Positions 39,103 through 49,742 are shown, counted from the first letter of the stretch. The stretch: DNA of 64,000 nucleotides from Lautropia sp. (GCA_030527825.1 JAUNAC010000002.1:256001-320000), one strand, 5' to 3'. Notes: generated by a model not told the origin, from the letters alone. Numbers and translations are program-made.

Positions 39103-41370
39103 ATGAAATTCCGCTTCCCTGTCGTCATCATTGACGAAGACTGGCGCGCTGATTCTGCCAGCGGGCTGGGTATCCGGGCGCTGGCCAAGGCGATCGAGGA
39201 CCAGGGTATTGAGGTCGTGGGGGGCTTTACCTACTATGACGTGGCCATGGTCGCCAATCAGGCTGCCCGGGCATCGGCATTCATCGTGTCGATCGACGAT
39301 GAGGAGATCAATGAGGAAGGCCCCGAGAGCATGGCCGTGCAGGACCTGCGCGCGTTCATCCGGGAAACACGCCGTCGCAACGCCGATATTCCGATTTTCC
39401 TGTTTGGTGAGACGCGCACGTCCCAGCATATTCCGAACGAGATCCTGAAGGAGCTGCATGGCTTCATCCATATGTTCGAGGATACGCCGGAGTTTGTGGC
39501 CCGCTACATCATCCGGGAAGCGACGCACTACATGAACTCCCTGGCTCCGCCGTTCTTCAAGGCACTGGTGCACTACGCCAATGACGGGTCGTACTCCTGG
39601 CACTGCCCCGGGCATTCGGGCGGCGTGGCTTTTCTGAAGAGTCCGGTGGGGCAGATGTTTCACCAGTTCTTCGGGGAAAACATGCTGCGCGCCGATGTCT
39701 GCAACTCGGTCGACGAGCTCGGGCAGCTTCTGGATCATACCGGCCCGGTTGCCGCCTCGGAAACTAACGCGGCCCGCATTTTCAATGCGGATCACCTCTT
39801 TTTCGTGACGAATGGCACGTCTACCTCCAACAAGATCGTCTGGCATTCCGAAGTGGCCAATGACGATGTGGTGCTGGTGGACCGCAACTGCCACAAGAGT
39901 ATCCTGCATGCCATCATGATGAGTGGTACCGTGCCGGTGTTTTTGCAGCCCACGCGCAATCACCTGGGGATTATCGGTCCAATCCCGCTGGAAGAGTTCC
40001 GCCAGGAGAGCATTGCCCGCAAGATTGCTGCCAATCCCCTGATCAAGGACAAGTCGGCACGGCCACGGGTCATGACCATTACCCAGTCGACCTACGACGG
40101 GATTCTCTATAACGTGGAGATGATCAAGGCGCGTCTGCAGGACTATGTGGAAAACCTGCACTTCGATGAAGCATGGCTGCCGCACGCCACCTTCCACCCG
40201 ATCTATCACGAGATGCACGCGATCGGCCCCAATCGGCCACGTTCGACGAATGCCATGGTTTTCGCAACGCAGTCGACCCACAAGCTGCTGGCGGGGCTGT
40301 CGCAGGCATCACAGATTCTGGTGCAGGAATCAGAAACACGTCGCCTGGATCGCTATCGCTTTAATGAAAGCTATCTGATGCACACCTCGACCTCGCCACA
40401 GTACTCCATCATCGCTTCCTGCGACGTGGCGGCTTCCATGATGGAGGCGCCGGGCGGCACGGCACTGGTGCAGGAGTCGCTGCAGGAGGCGAGAGACTTC
40501 CGGCGTGCCATGCGCAAGGTGGAGCAGGAGTATGACGGTGCCTGGTGGTTCCGGGTCTGGGGACCGGACAGCCTGGGAACGGGCAAGGAGATGCGGCAGG
40601 ACGAATGGGTGCTGCGGGCGCAGGACAGATGGCATGGTTTCGGCACCGTTCAGACCGGCTTCAATATGCTGGACCCGATCAAGGCAACCATCATCACACC
40701 GGGCCTGGACATTGATGGTGAATTTGCCGAGACCGGTATCCCTGCCGCTGTGGTAACCAAGTACCTGGCTGAACATGGAGTGGTGGTTGAAAAAACCGGT
40801 CTGTACTCATTCTTCGTCATGTTTACCATCGGCATTACCAAAGGCCGCTGGAATACGCTGGTGACCGAGCTGCAGCAGTTCAAGGCCGACTATGACGAGA
40901 ACCAGCCGCTGTGGCGGGTCATGCCAGAGTTTGTGGCTGCCCATCCCATGTATGACCGGATGGGGCTGCGCGATCTCTCCACGCGCATTCACGATGCGTA
41001 CTGCAAATACGATGTGGCGCGTGTGACGACGGATATGTATCTGTCGGACATGCTGCCTGTGATGAAGCCTTCGGATGCCTATGAATGTCTGACGCACCGC
41101 AATGTCGAGCGCGTGCCAATTGACGAGCTGGAAGGACGCATCACCACCATGCTGGTGACGCCCTATCCGCCGGGTATCCCGCTATTGATCCCGGGAGAGT
41201 GTTTCAACCGCACGATCGTGGCGTATCTGAAGTTCGTGCGTGAATTCAATCAGCAGTTCCCGGGCTTCCACACCGACGTGCACGGGCTGGTGGCTGAAAA
41301 AGATGCCAACGGTCAGGTGGCCTACTATGTGGACTGCGTGGATCGTGCGCATGAACCGCCACGGGACTGA
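39103..41370 (+). CDS. Orn/Lys/Arg decarboxylase, large inducible (CadA/LdcC/SpeF/AdiA) family
   Basis: 755 aa. Wing domain, PLP domain with STHKLL PLP-lysine motif. YSWHCPGHSGG and FVTNGTSTSNKIV blocks collinear with E. coli CadA. True start ATG 39103 (MKFRFPVVIIDEDW). The 387 upstream codons of the ORF-track frame are antisense to the 5'-nucleotidase gene. Confidence 0.9.
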   Translation: MKFRFPVVIIDEDWRADSASGLGIRALAKAIEDQGIEVVGGFTYYDVAMVANQAARASAFIVSIDDEEINEEGPESMAVQDLRAFIRETRRRNADIPIFLFGETRTSQHIPNEILKELHGFIHMFEDTPEFVARYIIREATHYMNSLAPPFFKALVHYANDGSYSWHCPGHSGGVAFLKSPVGQMFHQFFGENMLRADVCNSVDELGQLLDHTGPVAASETNAARIFNADHLFFVTNGTSTSNKIVWHSEVANDDVVLVDRNCHKSILHAIMMSGTVPVFLQPTRNHLGIIGPIPLEEFRQESIARKIAANPLIKDKSARPRVMTITQSTYDGILYNVEMIKARLQDYVENLHFDEAWLPHATFHPIYHEMHAIGPNRPRSTNAMVFATQSTHKLLAGLSQASQILVQESETRRLDRYRFNESYLMHTSTSPQYSIIASCDVAASMMEAPGGTALVQESLQEARDFRRAMRKVEQEYDGAWWFRVWGPDSLGTGKEMRQDEWVLRAQDRWHGFGTVQTGFNMLDPIKATIITPGLDIDGEFAETGIPAAVVTKYLAEHGVVVEKTGLYSFFVMFTIGITKGRWNTLVTELQQFKADYDENQPLWRVMPEFVAAHPMYDRMGLRDLSTRIHDAYCKYDVARVTTDMYLSDMLPVMKPSDAYECLTHRNVERVPIDELEGRITTMLVTPYPPGIPLLIPGECFNRTIVAYLKFVREFNQQFPGFHTDVHGLVAEKDANGQVAYYVDCVDRAHEPPRD

Positions 41371-41404
41371 TGGCGGCATGGCTGGCGCTGCGCCAGATCG
41401 GTGA

Positions 41405-41947
41405 TCAGGCCTGGGCGGCGCGGCGGGCCTCCTGGCCCTCCTGCCGGATCAGCAGGGTGCCCGCCAGGATGTCGTAGAGTGTGCGGCGCCGGTGATCGAA
41501 TAGTGACCAAAAAAACGGCAGCAGCCAGAGCAGCAGCGCCAGAGCTGGCACGCGGGCCGGAGCGGGCCGCAGGAGCAGCGCCAGCCCGCCCCAGAAAAAC
41601 AGGGAGGCCAGCACATAGCGCCATAGCGCTCTGCCCAGGCTGAGTGGGCTGTAGCGGCCGTCATCGCGAACCAGTTTCACGCCCATGGTCTTCATGGGCA
41701 GAGTCCAGCGGTCATGGCTCCATAGCCAGCCAAAATAGGCACCCAGAATGCAGAACAGATAGATCTGGAATCCGGTGCGCAGCGTGCTTGACGCACCATC
41801 GAAGTGAAGCAGAGCGGAATAGGCGTAGCCAAAAAAGAACACGACGCCAAACAGGATCACGCCTTCGTAGACACATGTCATGAAACGGCGCCAGCAGGAG
41901 GCGAATGCTATCGGTGGCGAAGTGGCGGGCAAAGGACGCTCTGGCAT
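41405..41947 (-). CDS. RDD-family membrane protein
   Basis: Three TM segments, RDD-type topology. Conserved position downstream of DUF3106 in the betaproteobacterial ECF-sigma cluster. Confidence 0.7.
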   Translation of the reverse strand: MPERPLPATSPPIAFASCWRRFMTCVYEGVILFGVVFFFGYAYSALLHFDGASSTLRTGFQIYLFCILGAYFGWLWSHDRWTLPMKTMGVKLVRDDGRYSPLSLGRALWRYVLASLFFWGGLALLLRPAPARVPALALLLWLLPFFWSLFDHRRRTLYDILAGTLLIRQEGQEARRAAQA

Positions 41948-41950
41948 GTG

Positions 41951-42991
41951 CTAGCGGGGCATGGACGGCTGGTGATCTGGATCAACCTCGGGAATGGCCA
42001 TGGTCGGGGTCAGGTCGCTGCCGGACAACGCGGGAGGGGGCTGATCATTGACGGGTACCGCGTCAAGTGGTTCCGGAACGCTGCCCGGCGGCAGGCAGGA
42101 CAGAAAGCGGGAGGGGGAAGGTGGGTGGCGGCCGTCATCGGGCAGCTGGTCGCCGGAGAAGATTCCGTGCAGGGCAACGGGCAGCAGGGGAAGGGGATCG
42201 ACAGAGCCGAACATCCCGCCGTTGCCGGTTGCTACGGGGACGGTCTCTTCTCCGGCAGTCCCGGCCAGTGTCGCGATGCTGGGGTCGGATCCCTCTGTCG
42301 GGGGAGGGGGTAGCAGCCCTGGTGCAGGATGGCCACCATCCCGGTGCAGGACAATCACCAGGACATCGGCATCAGGCATAGCAGGTGCCTGTGCTGGCGG
42401 TGGGGGTACGCCTAATGCCCGTGCACGCTGGGCAGCCGCAATGCGGCTGGCCTGTTCGGAATGGCGGAGTTGCTCCCGCTCGGCATCGGTCAATGCCTGG
42501 TAGTGTGTCCAGGCCCGGACCCGCTCGGGCATGGGACGGCGGCGGCTGTTCTGGTAGTTCAGGCGCGCAATACGCCGTTCTTCCGGGGAGAGATTGGCCC
42601 ATTCCCGAATGCGCTGGCGCGCGCGCAGGCGCTGCTCCTCGGGCAGGGCCTTCATGCGCTCGGCAAAGGCCAGCCAGGACCGTTTTTCAGCAGCGGGCCA
42701 GCTGTCCCATTCTGGCGCAAAGGGAGCCAGCACTTTTTGTTGCTGTTTGTCCAGACTTTCCCACCCGGGCTGGAACAGGGAAGCGATGATGTCGGGCAGA
42801 TCCAGTGTACCGTTTGCAGCCACTTGTAGCAGGTATCCGGGCCGGGCAGACATATGCAGTCCCGCCAGCTGATCTGGTGGGCAGGGCGGCGGAGGGTGTA
42901 CAGCCTGCGTAGCGGAGGCGGAAGAGGTGGCGCAGCCCAGCATGATGCCGAGCAGCAGCGTACGGGACAGGGTGGACATGCCTGGACGCAT
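41951..42991 (-). CDS. DUF3106-domain protein, Pro-rich, with lipoprotein-like signal peptide
   Basis: Signal peptide LLLGIMLGC. DUF3106-type repeats (EWxxLSPEERRIARLNYQ ; WTHYQALTDAEREQLR). Pro-rich C-terminal half. Confidence 0.7.
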   Translation of the reverse strand: MRPGMSTLSRTLLLGIMLGCATSSASATQAVHPPPPCPPDQLAGLHMSARPGYLLQVAANGTLDLPDIIASLFQPGWESLDKQQQKVLAPFAPEWDSWPAAEKRSWLAFAERMKALPEEQRLRARQRIREWANLSPEERRIARLNYQNSRRRPMPERVRAWTHYQALTDAEREQLRHSEQASRIAAAQRARALGVPPPPAQAPAMPDADVLVIVLHRDGGHPAPGLLPPPPTEGSDPSIATLAGTAGEETVPVATGNGGMFGSVDPLPLLPVALHGIFSGDQLPDDGRHPPSPSRFLSCLPPGSVPEPLDAVPVNDQPPPALSGSDLTPTMAIPEVDPDHQPSMPR

Positions 42992-43003
42992 GATGACGGG
43001 ACC

Positions 43004-43411
43004 TTAGCGTGCAGATGCCGCGGCTGTGCGCAGCATGCCATCTTGGAGATGTGCGGCAAAGCCGTTGTCAGTGTATGCTGATAGCGGTACATCGGCCGTC
43101 AGCATTTCGGTATAGGCATCTGCTTGCTGGATGGCGGCGCGCTCTTGGTTGAACAGACTGCCGGCCAGAGCAGTCAGAACCAGGAAAATGGCGGGAATGG
43201 CGGCCAGCGCTAGCCGTGACCAGGGGGCATGCGGCCACCAGGTTCGTTGCGGGCGTGGCCGGCAGCCGGAGAGCGTCAGTTCGTCAAGACGCAGCAGGGC
43301 CCGGTGTCGCGCGGCAGCCAGGCATGACTGGATGCGCGGCGACAGGTCATCTGTCGCAGAATCGAGTAACCGGCACAACCGGTGTGCTACGGGATCCTGA
43401 AGCGGGTTCAT
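43004..43411 (-). CDS. DUF3619-family protein (probable anti-sigma partner of the adjacent ECF sigma)
   Basis: Single predicted TM helix. Cytoplasmic N-terminal region. Start overlaps sigma stop (ATGA). Assignment by position and family recall. Confidence 0.6.
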   Translation of the reverse strand: MNPLQDPVAHRLCRLLDSATDDLSPRIQSCLAAARHRALLRLDELTLSGCRPRPQRTWWPHAPWSRLALAAIPAIFLVLTALAGSLFNQERAAIQQADAYTEMLTADVPLSAYTDNGFAAHLQDGMLRTAAASAR

Positions 43412-43980
43412 AGGGTGAAGCCTTTGGCACGCAGAGCTTGCGATAAGGTATGGATGGCCCGGGAACAGTGGGTTTTGACACTGCCTTCGGAGCAGCCCAT
43501 CGCCTGCGCCGTTTCAGCCACATCCATCTCTTCCCAATAACGGAGGATGAACGCTTCGCGTTGACGTCGGGGCAGGCGGGCAATTTCCTGTTCAAGCAGC
43601 TGCAGCGTCTGGGCACGGCTGGCCTGATCAGCAGCATCTTCGGCACGCCGGTCGTCACGCTGGGCAAGGAGACTGTCCAGTGGGTCGATCTCCTCGCCAT
43701 CCGGGCTGTTGCTGCCAGGCAGGGCGGACAGTGGCGTCACCCAGGTGCGCCGTACCTTCTGGCGCCGGAAATGATCATGGGTAGCGTTCTGGAGAATACG
43801 CTGAAAGAGGGGCCCCAGCTCCGTCACCGGGCGGTCTGCATACTTTTCGACGAGCTTGAGCATGGCATCCTGGACAATGTCCAATGCAATGTCATCGTCG
43901 CGCACGGCAAAGACCGCCTGCTTGAAGGCCCGGCGCTCGACCGCGGCGAGAAATTCCGATATTTCCGGTCGAGTCGCCAT
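43408..43980 (-). CDS. ECF (sigma-70 family, group IV) RNA polymerase sigma factor
   Basis: Region 2 (DIVQDAMLKLVEKY) and region 4 HTH (MDVAETAQAMGCSEGSVKTHCSRA). Start ATG 43980 (MATRPEISEFL). Confidence 0.85.
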   Translation of the reverse strand: MATRPEISEFLAAVERRAFKQAVFAVRDDDIALDIVQDAMLKLVEKYADRPVTELGPLFQRILQNATHDHFRRQKVRRTWVTPLSALPGSNSPDGEEIDPLDSLLAQRDDRRAEDAADQASRAQTLQLLEQEIARLPRRQREAFILRYWEEMDVAETAQAMGCSEGSVKTHCSRAIHTLSQALRAKGFTL

Positions 43981-44214
43981 AGGGCAGAAATGGTAGCATG
44001 CTGACAGGGCGTGGCCAGTGGCCACGCATCGACGGTGCCTGGGCAGCTCACAAGGCCGCGGCGGCACCGGAACAGTGTCCGGATATGCCATACCGGAAGG
44101 CTGACGGATACGCGAACAGGCGGTCGACCGTTGTCAGGGTCTGTCTCGGGGTGGAGGTATGAGCTGCACTGGGGCCGGCGGACGGTAGATTAATCTGACA
44201 AGAGGAAAAAAAAC

Positions 44215-45936
44215 ATGGACATGACCGGTGCAGAGATCGTTGTCCGCTGTCTGGAAGAAGAAGGCGTGGAGCATGTCTTCGGCTATCCTGGTGGTGCGCT
44301 TCTCTATATTTATGACGCAATTCTCGGCGCCCGCAAGCTCAAGCATGTGCTGGTGCGTCACGAACAGGCAGCTGTGCACGCGGCCGATGCCTACTCCCGA
44401 TGCACGGAGGAGGTAGGGGTCGCCCTGGTGACATCAGGCCCGGGCCTGACCAATGCGGTCACGGGGATTGCCACCGCTTACATGGACTCTATCCCTCTGG
44501 TGGTCATCAGCGGACAGGTTCCCTCGGCTGCCATCGGTGAGGATGCCTTTCAGGAATGTGATGCCGTGGGCATTACGCGCCCCTGCGTCAAACACAATTT
44601 TCTCGTCAAGGACGTGCGGGATCTTGCCAAGACCATCAAGAAGGCTTTCTATATTGCCCGTACGGGCCGCCCTGGCCCGGTGCTGATCGACATTCCCAAG
44701 GACATCTCGCGCGACAGATGCGGCTTCGAGTATCCAAAATCGGTGGCAATCCGCTCCTATAATCCCGTGGTCAAAGGGCATCAGGGGCAGATCAAGAAGG
44801 CGCTGCAGCTGATTCTGTCGGCTGAGCGGCCGCTGATCTACGTCGGAGGCGGCGTTATCCTCGGCAATGCCGCTCCGGTTCTTAACGAGCTGGTTGATCG
44901 TCTCAGTTTCCCGTGTACCACGACCTTGATGGCGCTGGGTGCCTATCGCGCCAGTGATGCGAAATGGCTGGGGATGCCGGGAATGCACGGCACGTATGAA
45001 GCCAACATGGCCATGCAGCACTGCGATGTGCTGATTGCCATTGGCAGCCGTTTTGATGACCGTGTGATTGGTAATCCCAAGCACTTCGCGCAGATTGCCC
45101 GAAAAGTAATTCATATCGACATTGATCCATCCTCAATCTCCAAACGGGTGGCCGTGGATGTTCCCGTGGTGGGCGATGTTGGCGAGTGCATGACTTCCCT
45201 GCTGGCCTTGCTGGAAACCGCCTTCAATGCCGGTGAAAGCACCAATGCACGCGCCCTGAAGGGATGGTGGGAGCGGATCAACGAGTGGCGCGGACGCGAC
45301 TGCCTGGCCTATGACCGCAACAGCCCGCTCATCAAGCCCCAATTCGTCGTCGAAAAGCTATGGCAGGTCACGCACGGCGATGCCTACATCACCTCCGATG
45401 TAGGGCAGCACCAGATGTTTGCCGCCCAGTTCTACCGCTTTGACAAACCACGTCGCTGGCTGAATTCTGGCGGCCTGGGTACGATGGGGGTCGGGCTGCC
45501 TTATGCCATGGGGGTACTGATGGCCCACCCGGGGGCGCAGGTGGCCTGCATTACCGGCGAAGGCTCCATTCAGATGTGCATTCAGGAACTGTCGACCTGC
45601 AAGCAGTACCACCTGCCGGTCAAGATCGTGAACCTCAACAACGGTTCCCTGGGGATGGTGCGCCAGTGGCAGGAAATCGAGTACGAAGGACGCTATTCGG
45701 AATCCTATCTCAAGGCGTTGCCGGACTTCGTGGCATTGGCCGAAGCCTACGGGCATGTCGGGATCCGGGTGGAAAGACCGGAAGACGTGGAAGGCGCCCT
45801 GCGTGATGCCTTTGGTAAGTATAAGGATCGCACGGTCTTTCTGGATATCCGGGTAGATCCGGCCGAAAATGTCTGGCCCATGGTCCAGAGTGGCAAGGGG
45901 CTGACCGAGATGCTGCTCGGCGCTGAAGAGATCTGA
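44215..45936 (+). CDS. ilvI: Acetolactate synthase large (catalytic) subunit
   Basis: ThDP enzyme. 573 aa. GYPGGA..., GSRFDDRV, ThDP-binding GLGTMGVGLPYAMG...NN motif. Confidence 0.93.
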   Translation: MDMTGAEIVVRCLEEEGVEHVFGYPGGALLYIYDAILGARKLKHVLVRHEQAAVHAADAYSRCTEEVGVALVTSGPGLTNAVTGIATAYMDSIPLVVISGQVPSAAIGEDAFQECDAVGITRPCVKHNFLVKDVRDLAKTIKKAFYIARTGRPGPVLIDIPKDISRDRCGFEYPKSVAIRSYNPVVKGHQGQIKKALQLILSAERPLIYVGGGVILGNAAPVLNELVDRLSFPCTTTLMALGAYRASDAKWLGMPGMHGTYEANMAMQHCDVLIAIGSRFDDRVIGNPKHFAQIARKVIHIDIDPSSISKRVAVDVPVVGDVGECMTSLLALLETAFNAGESTNARALKGWWERINEWRGRDCLAYDRNSPLIKPQFVVEKLWQVTHGDAYITSDVGQHQMFAAQFYRFDKPRRWLNSGGLGTMGVGLPYAMGVLMAHPGAQVACITGEGSIQMCIQELSTCKQYHLPVKIVNLNNGSLGMVRQWQEIEYEGRYSESYLKALPDFVALAEAYGHVGIRVERPEDVEGALRDAFGKYKDRTVFLDIRVDPAENVWPMVQSGKGLTEMLLGAEEI

Positions 45937-45951
45937 ACAGGGGACAACGCC

Positions 45952-46446
45952 ATGAAACACATTATTTCCGTGTTGCTGGAAAATGAGTCTGGCGCGCTGT
46001 CGCGAGTAGTCGGACTCTTTTCGGCGCGGGGTTACAACATCGAGTCGCTGACCGTCGCGCCTACCCAGGATGGGTCGTTGTCACGCATGACGATCGTGAC
46101 CATGGGCTCTGCCGAGACGCTGGAACAGATCACCAAGCATCTCAACCGCCTCATTGATGTGGTCAGGGTGCTGGAGTTGACCGAGGCACCCCATATTGAA
46201 CGTGAGCTGATGCTCGTCAAGGTGCGGGCGGCGGCTGGCAAGGATCGTGATGAGATGAAGCGGATGGCCGACATCTTCCGGGGCCGCATCATCGACGTGA
46301 CGGACAAGGCTTATACCATCGAGATCACCGGAAACTCTGCCAAGCTCGACAGTTTCATTTCGGCACTGGGTGATGCCGTCATTCTGGAAACCGTACGGAC
46401 CGGCGGCTGCGGCATTGCCCGTGGTGAGCGGGTGCTCAGGCTGTAG
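45952..46446 (+). CDS. ilvH: Acetolactate synthase small (regulatory) subunit
   Basis: ACT domain start MKHIISVLLENESGALSRVVGLFSARGYNIESLTV. Confidence 0.93.
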   Translation: MKHIISVLLENESGALSRVVGLFSARGYNIESLTVAPTQDGSLSRMTIVTMGSAETLEQITKHLNRLIDVVRVLELTEAPHIERELMLVKVRAAAGKDRDEMKRMADIFRGRIIDVTDKAYTIEITGNSAKLDSFISALGDAVILETVRTGGCGIARGERVLRL

Positions 46447-46540
46447 CACACGGTTTCTGCCAGCCACTCATCGCCTTCGCAGTGTGCCTGCAAGGCATTT
46501 TCATGTTTCCTGCTTTCAGTTCGGCCGTTCAGCCAGGTAG

Positions 46541-47602
<1,062 letters not shown>

Positions 47603-47621
47603 TTCATTCCCGGCGACCGTT

Positions 47622-47660
47622 CCGCCTGTCTGTCCGGAGACAGGCGGCCCGTTTTCCCCT
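47622..47660 (+). terminator. Rho-independent terminator after ilvC
   Basis: 9-bp stem CCGCCTGTC/GACAGGCGG, 8-nt loop, then CCCGTTTTCCCC. Confidence 0.65.
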
Positions 47661-47760
47661 GTCGTCCTGGACGGGGTTGGCATGCTGATGCCCGTCCTCC
47701 GGATGGGCTGCCCATTTCCGGATCATGGAATGCTTGCGCTGCCCGTCATCCAGCGCTCTA

Positions 47761-48708
47761 ATGAAGGCTATGAGCCAGAATACCTCCTCTTCCCGATCGG
47801 CTGCCGGTAATCTGTCGGCTGGCGGCCATACACACCTGCCCGCCAGCTGGCAGGACTGGATCACCTCCAACGTGCTGCGAGGGTGTGATCGCGCCAGCAT
47901 GCAGGCCATCATGGTCGAGAATGGTTTCGATCCTGTCTTTGCTGCCCATGCCGTTGCCATCATCGGGGGGATCGGTGAGCGGATCAAGGACATCCCTGGT
48001 CAGGATCGTGAGGCGATATTGCAGGGGCAGGGGCAGGGGCAGTACCAGGCATCGCCCAGCCGGCTCGTTTCGCAGTTGCCGCGCTTTACGGTGGCCGATC
48101 GTGAGATCGAGCTGGTTGCCGTGATGTCGAATCCTAATATTGCCGTGATCCGCGGGCTGCTGTCGGATACGGAGTGTGACGAAATCATCCGTTTGTCACA
48201 AGGCAAAATGAAGACATCGCTGGTAGTGGATCGTGACAGCGGTGACAGTTACGAGAGCAGTGTACGAAAAAGCGAGGGCAGTCATTTCGAACGGGGCGAG
48301 AACGCCTTGGTAGAACGTATCGAGGCCCGTTTGGCAGCATTGCTGAATCTGCCCGTCAATCGTGGCGAGCCGTTACAGATCCTGCATTATGGTGTGGGCG
48401 GCGAATATCAGGCGCATCAGGATTTTTTTGAGCCATCTGATCCGGGATCGGCCGTGCTGACCCGGGTGGGAGGGCAGCGCATCGGCACGGTCGTCATGTA
48501 TTTGAATGATGTGCCGGAAGGGGGGGAAACCGCCTTTCCGGAAGTGGGTTTTTTGGCCAAACCCATCAAGGGATCCGCCGTCTATTTCGAATACCAGAAT
48601 GCTGATGGCCAGCTGGATTATCGCTGCCTGCATGCCGGTATGCCGGTACGTCGCGGCGACAAGTGGATCATGACCAAATGGCTGCGAGAGAGGGCCTACG
48701 AGCAGTGA
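47761..48708 (+). CDS. 2OG-Fe(II) oxygenase, prolyl-4-hydroxylase-like, with ~100-aa N-terminal extension
   Basis: P4Hc core (LSDTECDEII...HxD...H facial triad context HQDFFEP...H). Start uncertain: ATG 47725, 47761 or 47770. Confidence 0.75.
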   Translation: MKAMSQNTSSSRSAAGNLSAGGHTHLPASWQDWITSNVLRGCDRASMQAIMVENGFDPVFAAHAVAIIGGIGERIKDIPGQDREAILQGQGQGQYQASPSRLVSQLPRFTVADREIELVAVMSNPNIAVIRGLLSDTECDEIIRLSQGKMKTSLVVDRDSGDSYESSVRKSEGSHFERGENALVERIEARLAALLNLPVNRGEPLQILHYGVGGEYQAHQDFFEPSDPGSAVLTRVGGQRIGTVVMYLNDVPEGGETAFPEVGFLAKPIKGSAVYFEYQNADGQLDYRCLHAGMPVRRGDKWIMTKWLRERAYEQ

Positions 48709-48833
48709 AGAATGTCAGGTCTGCCGGGAGCAGAGCGCGCCCGGTGAATGTCAAGCGTTTCCGTCTGCGACGGCACAGCCATATGAACAGCGGCGTGTCG
48801 TTTCAGGACAACGGACGCCATGCCGCTCCGACT

Positions 48834-49742
48834 ATGCCTTCAATCGGTGCAGGGTTGCCACCGTCCCGGCACCGGCGAGGTATTTACCTGTTACCCAACG
48901 CATTTACGACTGGCAACTTGTTCGCCGGTTTTTATGCCATTGTGATGGCCATGAATGGTGAATTCCAGTGGGCGGCCATTGCCATTTTCCTGGCTATGTT
49001 CCTTGACAGCCTCGATGGCCGGGTGGCACGACTGACCAACAGCCAAAGTACCTTTGGTGAACAGTACGATTCGCTGGCCGACATGATTTCCTTCGGGGCA
49101 GCACCGGCGCTGGTCATTTATTCCTGGGCGCTGACCGGCCTGGGGAAATGGGGGTGGCTGGCCGCTTTCATCTACGTAGCGGGCGCTGCCCTGCGGCTGG
49201 CCCGCTTCAATACGAATATCCAGGTAGTCGATCGCCGCTATTTTCAGGGCCTGCCCAGTCCTGCTGCTGCAGCCTTGGTAGCTGGACTGGTCTGGCTGGC
49301 CACTGACTGGCACAACGCACACTGGATTGCGGCGACGGGCGCCGATCTGGGCGGGCTGGCATGGCTGATGACCGTCTATGCGGGGCTGACCATGGTTTCC
49401 AATTCGCCCTTCTATTCATTCAAAGACTTCAACCTGCGTCGCAGTGTGCCGTTTGTGGTGCTGATCCTCCTGATGCTGGCGCTGGTACTGGTGTCTTCTG
49501 ATCCGCCGAGCATCCTGTTTCTGCTGTTCATGGGTTATGGCATCTCCGGTCACGTGCTCAAGATCCTGCGTTACATGCGGCGGCGGCGCCGCAAAGCCGC
49601 CGGACTGCATACGCTGGTTCGTGCCAGCGTCGCCGATGATGACGCGGCGCCCGATGCCGAGGCTTCATCAGGTAGCGAGGCACCGGCTACAACCGCTACA
49701 GTACCCCGACAGACGGGCGAACGCCCGCCTGCTACTCCCTGA
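48834..49742 (+). CDS. pssA: CDP-diacylglycerol--serine O-phosphatidyltransferase (CDP-alcohol phosphatidyltransferase type)
   Basis: IYLLPNAFTTGNLFAGFYAI and DxxDGxxAR...G...D...D motif (DSLDGRVARLT...FGEQYDSLADMISFG). Start likely ATG 48834; 48783 is an alternative. Confidence 0.85.
   Translation: MPSIGAGLPPSRHRRGIYLLPNAFTTGNLFAGFYAIVMAMNGEFQWAAIAIFLAMFLDSLDGRVARLTNSQSTFGEQYDSLADMISFGAAPALVIYSWALTGLGKWGWLAAFIYVAGAALRLARFNTNIQVVDRRYFQGLPSPAAAALVAGLVWLATDWHNAHWIAATGADLGGLAWLMTVYAGLTMVSNSPFYSFKDFNLRRSVPFVVLILLMLALVLVSSDPPSILFLLFMGYGISGHVLKILRYMRRRRRKAAGLHTLVRASVADDDAAPDAEASSGSEAPATTATVPRQTGERPPATP

Noticed and set aside
48021-48042. (GCAGGG)3 tandem repeat considered as a possible CRISPR or mini-satellite locus.
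   Set aside because: Only 3.3 copies, no spacers, and it lies in-frame inside a coding sequence. Reported instead as a coding repeat in the 2OG-oxygenase finding.
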